Source of the DNA: a virus
Taxonomy: Duplodnaviria > Caudoviricetes
DNA: 64,000 nucleotides
IMG/VR virus record: IMGVR_UViG_3300030090_003629
Span: 1,666 to 65,665 of that record
Strand: one strand, 5' to 3'
Shown here: positions 9,137 through 19,000 of the stretch, piece by piece
How positions within the stretch are numbered: position 1 is the stretch's first letter
Layout: every line of letters begins with the position of its first letter
Notes under the pieces: generated by a model
Database searches by the model: none
What the model was told of the DNA's origin: nothing
The model's input: only the letters and a program-made list of their open reading frames with translations
Made by a program: the position numbers and the translations under genes

Positions 9137-9292
9137 TTACCAGTTTTTAGGGTTAAAATAATAAAATATATTTTTTTTCTTTCCCTTAACTTTTTCGTAT
9201 AATGTGTTTTGTTTTACTATATAGTTTGGTTGTTCTATATCTTTTTTTACTCTTTTAGTATTGCGGCTTGCTAGTTTTTGTATAAACCCCAT
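9137..9292 (-). CDS. 51-aa basic hypothetical protein (not in ORF track)
   Basis: MGFIQKLASRNTKRVKK...FNPKNW*; fills the gap with 1-nt spacing on each side. Confidence 0.55.
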   Translation of the reverse strand: MGFIQKLASRNTKRVKKDIEQPNYIVKQNTLYEKVKGKKKNIFYYFNPKNW

Positions 9293-9293
9293 A

Positions 9294-9665
9294 TTAATAT
9301 CCTCTTGGAGCTAAGTAACAAATACAACTTCCTGCGTGCAACTCTACATTATCCCACTTACCATATAACCATGTCCCTGCAGGCCACTCTACACTACCAG
9401 CTCCTGTACCTAAATCTGTGCTTTCTGTAGCAGCTCCAAATTGTGTAGTTCTAACATTCTCTGCGGTTATTGTGCTTATGTTTCTTACATCTCCGTTTGT
9501 ATTTGCTAATACTTGAAATTTAACTGCAGTCACAACATATATAGCACAAACATATGCAGTTGCTGATCCTCCATCTAAGTCTACCTTTTGTCCATCTCCT
9601 GTTATGTAACAAGAACCAAAATCACCTAAACCAGGTATTGTTTTTAAATCATTTACGTTTGCCAT
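9294..9665 (-). CDS. small structural protein, tandem paralog A
   Basis: Shares FGS.Y.TGDG..DLDG and YGKWD.VEL..GSCICYLAP.GY with 9687-10061. Confidence 0.65.
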   Translation of the reverse strand: MANVNDLKTIPGLGDFGSCYITGDGQKVDLDGGSATAYVCAIYVVTAVKFQVLANTNGDVRNISTITAENVRTTQFGAATESTDLGTGAGSVEWPAGTWLYGKWDNVELHAGSCICYLAPRGY

Positions 9666-9686
9666 TTTATTTTGTTTTAATTATTG

Positions 9687-10061
9687 TTAATATCCTACTG
9701 GCGCTAAATAACATATACACGAACCACCATTTAATTCAACATGATCCCATTTTCCATATATAGTAACACCTTTAGGAAACTCATGTGAAGTTGTTATTGT
9801 GTCCATATTAGTATTTGTAGTCTCATTTGTCAATGCTCCAAACTCACCTCCTGCATCATCTTCATCTGTAGAAGTTGTTATAGAACTAACTAATCCATCT
9901 AAAGTTTGTAACTTTGCAAAAGTTACTACATCTAACATTGTTATAGCAATTACAAATCTATTAGCTGTTGCGCCATCTAAATCTAATAAAGCTCCATCAC
10001 CTGTTAAATAAACAGATCCAAACTGACCAAAAGACGCTTTAAATAAATCGTTTACGTTCAT
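9687..10061 (-). CDS. small structural protein, tandem paralog B
   Basis: Clear paralog of 9294-9665; first gene after a TAnnTTTG promoter. Confidence 0.65.
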   Translation of the reverse strand: MNVNDLFKASFGQFGSVYLTGDGALLDLDGATANRFVIAITMLDVVTFAKLQTLDGLVSSITTSTDEDDAGGEFGALTNETTNTNMDTITTSHEFPKGVTIYGKWDHVELNGGSCICYLAPVGY

Positions 10062-10075
10062 ATATTAAATTTTTA

Positions 10076-10083
10076 CAAATATA
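10076..10083 (-). promoter_or_regulatory. Bacteroidetes-type -7 promoter element (TATATTTG)
   Basis: Intergenic TAnnTTTG about 15 nt upstream of the ATG at 10061. Confidence 0.65.
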
Positions 10084-10093
10084 ATGAATTTAA

Positions 10094-13000
10094 TTATCTA
10101 ATTAAAGAACTAGTTTCTTTTTTATCTCCCTCCATGTTATACACATCTCTAGCTATACTTCTTCTTACTGATGAATATGGAGCTAAATCATATAACAATG
10201 TTTTTGCAGCTTTAGAATCTCCCTTTTCTCCATAAGGTCCAGACCTTTTTATTTTATCTCCTCTTACAGATTGCCCTATCATTTCTGTAGCATTTTTTAT
10301 TGTGCTATAAGAAGCAGGAACTAAAGTGTAATTAAAGAATCTGTCGTAATCTGTAGTTACAAAAACATCATTAGAAAACTTTTTTAATGTTCTTATCATA
10401 TTAGGATCTGAGTCTTCATCATCTTCCATTATAGCTATTAAACTTAATAGCGTTATACCTATACCCATACCTCTAAGGTGTGCTGCTATTTCAGCTTTTC
10501 TAGCTTCATTAGAATTATCCCATATTGCTTTTAATTCTTTTTTACTTGTATTACCAGCTATATAACTTCTAAATAAATCTCTTACAAATTCACCTGTTGC
10601 CCTGTAGCTACCTATGTTAACTTTACCAAATCTGTCTATATCTTCTGCACTAAACCTGTCTTTTAATAATGTTACAAACCATTTTTTAAATTGTAACAAT
10701 GCTCTACCATAAGAATACATAGAAAGTAAACTAGCGTCTAAAGCTGTATAACCCTCACCGTGCAGTGTAGATATTTTATGATTAATTTGCATTACACGTT
10801 CTTCAGTTATTAAATCTGGATTATTAAACTCTTCTTCCGTAAGCTCTCCTAAAAATGCAGCCCCTTGTATATAGTTTTCTGTAGCGTCCATAAATATATA
10901 AGACCATTTTTCTAGTTTACCAAAAGCTCCTTTAGATTCTGACAAATGTATAAATTCATCAAAACTATATTCTACTATTCTAAATCTTTTTAGTATATCT
11001 CTAGATTCATATAGATTTTTAAAATAACGAGTTTCTCCTTTAATAAATTGTGCTCCACCTTTTTTTCTTAACTCTTGATATTTACCTGCTAATACGTTAC
11101 CTATACCTACAGTCATGTTAAATCCTAACAATCTTAAAGATGTAAGCCTTACAAAACTATCTATAACTTTGTCTCCTGTTTTACCTAAAAAGCTTTCTTG
11201 TTGTCTGCCTTCTATAAATCCTTCTTTCCACCATCTTGTTAAATAATTAGCCGCATTTTTATTGTCTAAACCTTTGTTAAATGCTATAACAGAATCTATT
11301 AAAATAGACACTTTAGACATACCAGTAAAAGGATTTTCTATACCTTTAGACTTTTGTAAATCTACGTTTTCTCCATTCATAAATAATGAACCTCTTATAA
11401 ATTCTAACAACGAACTGTTAATATCATAAGATATATTTTTAGCTTTTATTCCTCTTCTTCTTTCATATTCTTCTATTAACTCTCTATCTACATCTGTAAT
11501 GTTATTATCACCCATTAATTTTTTAATCATAGCACCATTGTTTATTAATGCATCATACTCCATATCACTTAATAATATTTTAGAGCCATCCTCATTAATA
11601 CCTTTAGCTTTTAATTCTTTAGCTTTTCTTCTTAGTTTATCTAACTCATATATCTGTCTACCAGATTCTAAAGTTAATTTACCTGTCCTGCCTTTATATA
11701 CATCGTACTTCCATTCGTATAAAGTTTTTAAAACTCTATTGCCGCTTTTATCTAAACCGTATACTTTTACACGCTCTATATCATAAGTGTCAATAGTATT
11801 ATCATATAAACCAAATAAACTGTTTCTTGACATTTTTTCTAATGTACCCATTTGCATGCCTGGTATTATATATGTGTCTGTGTTTAGTAATTCCTGTGCA
11901 ACATTTTTATATTCTGTATAATATGCTCTTTCTTCTTTTGTTAAATTTTTATCAGCTAACTCTTCTTCAGTTAATAATCTAATATTACCATTTTCAAATG
12001 TAGCTATATTTCCATATATATACTTGTATCTAGCATTAGTGTCAAAACCTTGTCTTACTCTTTCTAAAACGCTTAATCCTTTATTTTTAGATCTAACTAA
12101 ACTCCTGTTTGCTTTTTCTAGTCTATCTTTATATCTTTTAAATGCTCTTAAATAGTTTCTATATTCAAATTGTATTTCATTTATTAATAACTGTAACTCT
12201 GGTCTTTTAGAAGATATATTATTAGATGTTAACCAGCTTTCTAATCCAGACATATCTTCTTGTTCCACACCATCTAATCCAGGAACTTTATATTTATATC
12301 CTTGTCGCTTTCCATCTGCTTTTAATTTTTTTGTTTGTATTTCAAATAATCTTTTTCCTATTTCTTTTTCTACTATATAAGAAATATTTTTAGTTGCAGA
12401 ATTATCCATAGATCTTAACTTAAAAGCTCTTTTTCTTAAATCTTCTAGATTGTATTTAGACAATGGTTTCTTTTCTAAACTAGACTCAAACTCTTGCACT
12501 GTTTTATAGTGTTCTCTATATTTAATATATTTATTATATAATTGTTCAGCTATTTTAGACTCTTTAATTTTTTGTATATCTATGCCTTTGTCAGCTAAAT
12601 ATTCTGAAAAAGATAAAATATTATTATCACCAGATATATAATCATTATTGTATGTTGTAGAAGAAGAAATAACTTTTTTTGCTTTTTTTGTAGGATCTAT
12701 AAAAGTATTATTTTGTTTACTTGCCTTGTCTATTTTTTTATCAGTAGTTAAGTTTTTATTTAATTCGTCAATTATTGCATCATCTAATTCTATGCTATCT
12801 AAATTATCAAGATTACTCATATCATTAACATCATCGTATTTAAATTCTGGTTCTTTAGTTTGATTATTTGTTATAATTGTATTTATTTCATCATTAATTT
12901 TATTAATATACTCATTGTCAAAAAAAGGAATAAATGATGCTGCCCCTCCTGCTCCTCCTGTAAATCCAAAGCCATTAAACTCTGCTTCTAGTTCAAATAT

Positions 13001-16000
13001 TAAATTCTTTTCTTCTGGCAATAAATTAGAAAAAGATTCTTTTATTTGATCAATAGATTTATAAGATATAAAATCTGTTACTTCAACTCTATTTATTACA
13101 ACCTTGTCTCCTTTTTCTGTTACTTCTATTATTTTGTCTGTAAAGATATTATCTTTACCGTACTTTTCTTTCAGTGATATAAAATTATCTATTAAAGTTT
13201 CTCTATTTTCTATTTTAGATAAAAAACTTATATTATTTTTTAAATCATTTATTATAACTCTATTTATTATAGCGCTGTATTTATCTGGATATAACATTTT
13301 TAACTCAGCATAAGATTCATTATTAATTATGCCTTGCATATATGGTGTAAACCTTATATCTGTAACAAAAGCTCTTTCTAATACAGTACTGAATAACTTT
13401 ACAGCATGCTCTACAATACTGTTAAATCTACTTTCTCCTAGTTGGTAAGGTAATGATAGACCTCCACTTTTTCTATCATTTATAGTAATAAAATTTGTTT
13501 GTAGTTTCTTAATTTTTTGTGTTATTTGTCTTAACTCAAATGGATTTTTTTCTATCTTTTGATGTACAGTAAAAGCTTTTCCAAAAGGATTTACAACATC
13601 CTCATTAAATTTGTCTAATGCATATAACATTATTATAGCATCAAATTCAGCATTTCTGTTTTTTCCTTTAGTTAATAAGTCATTTATATTTATATTAATA
13701 CCTTCTCCCTTTAGTCTAGAAACTATTGTTTCCCACCTTTTTTGATCTATTCCTTTTCTTTTTTTACCAGTAATTTTTTGTTTATAAAAGTAAGTTAATT
13801 TTTTAACACCTTGACTTTCAAAAAATTCAGCCAACTCATTTACATTATTAACTTGATCTTCTAAAAACATTTCTTGTATGTCGCTATCTTTAGAAATATA
13901 GTTTTTACTTCTCTTGCTTTTAAAATCAATATACTCTTGTACTATTGGGCTGTTAAATAGTAATGTTAAGTCATTTAAAGAATAACCTAACCTTCTTAAC
14001 ATAATATAAGAAAATATCGTTTGTTTATTTAATCCTAGTTTACTTGCATATTGATGTTTTGCATTATCTAAAACTATATTTAATAGTTGTGCAACCCCAT
14101 ACCAATTACCCACTCCGTTTTCTAATTCAGGATCATCAAAAAACTTATCGTGTGTAACTGCTTCAGACTCTCCTTTTAACGTTATTTTAAAAGGTAATTT
14201 TTCTTCATTATTAGAAAATATATTAAATGTTCTTTGTAATGCAGCAACTATACCTACCAATGATTTTGCAGGAACATTATCGTTAAACATTTCACTATCT
14301 CCTAAGGGGTGCAATTGTGATTCTTCTTTTTGTTTTTTATTTTTATAAAGGCCTTTAGATTTAGCCTGTTCTATTGCATTATCCGAATCAGATACAAAGT
14401 CAATATTAGCTGTAATTTCATTTGTTCTTTTTTTATTACTAACTAATTTTACATACAAATCAAAAAACCTGTTAGATTTTTTTCTCCAAGATTTACCCCT
14501 TTCATTTACCTCCTTTTCTGTATACTTAAAATTCATATGAACAGAATCTCCATCTAAATCTGCCCCCCAAAACTTACTTACTTTTGCTGGTATAGTTATA
14601 TTAGAAGTTGGTGTATCATCTATTTGAGCATGAAAATCTTTTACTACAAACACAGAACTAGTAACCTTTCCGTGTGAAGGTACTCTTGTACCAATAAATA
14701 AATCTCCTACCTCTACACCTTGATCTTTTAAATATCCAGGAACTATAGCTTCAGAAGCAACTATACTTTCATCTTCTGCAAACAATCCTTTTTCGTATGA
14801 TTTTAAATTCATGCCTAAACTTGATGACTGATATGCTATAGATCCTTTTGTATACATTTTAGTTCCTCTATGTGTTATCCTACCTCTAGCTATAGAGTTA
14901 TAAGAAGCATTTGCAAATGGGTATCTAGGATCTAATGTTTCAAAAACAGAATCAAATAATACCCCATATATATCTGCACTAACAGAACTAGCAAAAGAAT
15001 CTCTTTCTTTGTATACTGTTTCTCTAGTAGCGGTATTATTCATAATTAAACCAGCTTTTCTATTTCTGCTTTCGTTATTAGCTTCCATAACATCTTTTCT
15101 TAAACCATACATTTCTTTAAGTATAAGTTTTTCTTCTTCTGTTATTATGTTTGTAGCTAAATTGTAAAATAATTGTGATGGAAAAAATCTTTCATCTGTT
15201 TGCTTATCTAACTCTAATTGTATACCAAAACCTTCTCCTGACAAGCCTCTATATCCAGTATCGTCTTTATACAACAGGTCTTGTCTTTTCATAATATTAT
15301 CTATATTGTCTAAATTTTTAATATCATGTATATCTTCTTTTGTTCTTATGCCATCTAAAAATAATTTAGCAGCAGACTCTGACGCAGCTATTACTAGATT
15401 ACCTGGTGTTTTAGAAATATCTTCTACTTGTTCTTGACGTTTTCTTAATACCTCTCCTATATTTTTTAAGTATTCACTTTTAGCTTCTAACTCTCGTGTT
15501 AATGTATGTACAGCAAATTTTAAATATGTTGTCTTCCCTTTTAACTTACCTTCTGTTTCTGTATAATGATAAACAAACTTAAATACATTACCTACTTTTT
15601 GTGACTCTCCATATTTTTCTCTAATAATTTTTGCTTGCTCAGGCAATACATAACCCATAGCATCATTTTCTATATAGTTATTATCAGTTTCTTCTGTAGT
15701 AATCTTATTATTATCATCAATAAAATAATCTTTTATTATAATAGGCTCTATCATAGTGTTTCTATCAAACACAACATGACTTGCTATTGCACCTGCAGCT
15801 CTTTTTATATAATCTATTTCATCTTTAGATTGCCTGTGATCATGTACAAATAGTTGTTGCGCCATAAACTTATTAGCAATATGTGATGTTAAATATGCTT
15901 CTATAGCTTTATCTATATCTTTTGTTTCTAATATGTCTTCATTGTTTATGTATAAATCCTTATTAATTCTCATGTGTTGTTTAAAATCAACAACTAATTT

Positions 16001-19000
16001 CTTAATGTTTTTTATTCTATTGTTTTCAATTACATAAGGAAATATATCTGATCCTTTTTGATACTTTTTGCCATATGCTGGATTTCTTTCAATTCTTGAC
16101 AATAATTCTTTTCTTGTTTTACTATTGTGAGCCATCATACTTTCTATATAATATCTTCTGCTTTTGTCAGAAAATACAGCTATAGGCTGATCGTATATTA
16201 TTGTTTCTTCTTTATTTTTTATTCCTTGATTGTATTGCGATAAAAATTGTAAAAAATCACCTGCAACTAATTCTTTAGGAGTTACATAGTTTAGCTTAGA
16301 AGCTCTACCTTCATATTTTACAGCTTCAGCTTTAGCAATTAACTCACGCATCATACCAGAGTGTATAGTAAACCTAAATGGGTTTTGACTAACTTTACCA
16401 TTGCTTCCAGTTAGCACCCCTCTTGCTTTTTTACTATACAATAAATAAGAATATATATTATTATCTGGATGCATTATATCATCTTTAGATATATCTATTT
16501 CTTCATTAATTATATTAGCTATATTTTTTGCTCTATTATGTAAGCCGTTTTCTTTATTAAATATACTGACACCGTCACCCATAACATTATCTACCATAGA
16601 CAAATAATTAATAGCTCTAGATGCCACAAGACCTTCTGTTAATATTACTTTTAACTCGCCTTGTTTTCCAAACATTAATCCATAAGCTTTGTATTTTCCT
16701 GTTTGTACAGTAAATTTACCTTCTTTATCAATACCCATTAAAGATTGATATTTTAAATTAGGTTTGCCATTTTTAAATCTTTTGTGTTCAAATAATAAAT
16801 TCCATAAATACTGTCTTTTACCATCAAATAATATTTCAGTATTTAATAAAGCTCTTTTGTCTATTAGCTTACCTTTTGCATTATCATCTAAAATTATATC
16901 TAAATATTTTGTTGCTGCTATATATTTTTGCTTAGAAGTAGGTTTTTCATTTTTAAATAAATTATCATATACTTCAGCTAACTTTTTCCCTTTTTCAGTG
17001 TTGTTATTTAAATCTTTAAGTATGCTACGTATAACGCCTTGCTCTAATGTTTTACTAATAGTTCTGTATTTTTTAAAAGACTTAACAGCTCTACGTCTTG
17101 ATTTGTCATATTTTATTTCTAATGCCTGATGTGATAAAACCTCTATTGTAATACCTTCAATGGGTCCTTTAATTTCCATTAACTTAGCGTTAGTTAAAAT
17201 TTTATCATTATTATATAAATTATCTAACAAACCTAACATAGCTTCTATTTCTCTACTTCCAGACTTTCTTACATTTGGTATAAAATCATATGGATCATAC
17301 ATAGTATTTTTAGACATGCTATATAAATCGTATAATAATTTTTTTCTATCTATTACTTTATCAGGATTTTGATTGTTATAAACCTCTACTATTTTTTTTA
17401 TAAAATTAGAAGTTGTTGTAGGTAAGGCTATTTGTTTTACATCATCATCAAAATTTCTTTCTGCACCAGGCTGACTTTCATTACCATCTTGACTTACATC
17501 TTCTTCTTTACCAATACTTTTTCCTATATTAGACAATATACGATCTAGTTTATCGTCTGCTAATTTTAAATCATTTGGTCTTGTTTTTTGTCTAACTACA
17601 GCTTCAACTTGCGATTTTATAAAATCTACATCTTTTATTGTTAATTCACTATCCTTTGCTATTTGTTCAACTACTCTATCTGCAATTTGTTCTGATGTTA
17701 ATCCACGCCCCATAAAATCACCTATAGTTTTAGATAAAGCAGAATACGTAGATCTTTTTCTAATTGCTTTTTTCTTAGCTTTATTTATCGGTCCATATGC
17801 AGAATTTTGCATTACAGGTACTGTTCTGTTTCCTGAATTAAAGTCTAAAAGTATATGTTTTATTGCAGCTTCTAAATCTAAACTTTGTATATTGTCAACT
17901 GATAAATCTAATAATCTTTTTGCGTCTTCATTAGATGTTAGCTTTTTTACTTTCTTATAAAACTCTATTAAATCTTTTTCTAATCTTTTTTGTGTTGCGG
18001 TTCCTTTTATAACAGCATCAACATTATCATAAGAATAAAATTCTAAAGTTCTTGAAAATGTTTCTTCTAACAAATGCCTTTGTCTGTCTACTCTAACTTC
18101 TTTAATTCCTTGTGCTTTTAATTGTAGTCTAAGCTCATTAAACAATTCCATTGTTCTTGTGCCGTCATTGTTTCTTTCTGCTATAGCAATGTTTTCTGAA
18201 ATACTTACAATATCACCAGTATAATCTGCTTTATTATTTAATGCGTTTCTATATATAGCTCCAATAGTAATATTTTGCCCATTAACTCTCATTAATGTTA
18301 ACTCAGGATATTCTTCTTGTGTCTTTTTGTATAATAAAGATTTAGGTAAAAGCTTTTTTATTCTTTTCATTAATGGAGTTTTTTCCATTAACGAATAATA
18401 TATATGTCCTGCTTCGTGTATAATATCAGATTGCCTAACTTCGTTTTCGTTTATCATAAGCGTAGCGCCTATTGCTAATGATGTAGCTTCTTGTCCATAA
18501 TCATCATACAATGCTTTTTGTACTACGTAACCCTTAGCTCCAGGAAAGTTTTTGTTTATAATAGACCTAGTTAATGCGGAAGCAGCTAAACCTGAATCTG
18601 TATATACTTCTAAATTACGATTTAATAATATTGGATCATTTTCTTTTATAGTAGAAAATGTGCTTTTTATGAATTTATTAAAATTATCTTTTGTTTGCTT
18701 TACTGCGCCTACTACCTTATCTATACTTCTAGTTTCTTTTTTCTTTGCTTTTTTTGTTGTGGTTTCTTCTATTGTAAAATCTTGATATTGTAATTGTCCA
18801 ATAACCTTATTATCTACTATTACTTCAATTTTACTTTCATATAATGGTGCTCCTTTTTTATATTGAAAATATAATTTACCATTAACTTCTACCACATCAG
18901 CTTGCCCTGCTACTGGTTCTACTAAATTTAATTTAACATTTTGTGGTGTTTTAGTTAAAGCTTCTGCTCCAAAAGGTTTAGATGTAAAAAATTTGATAAC

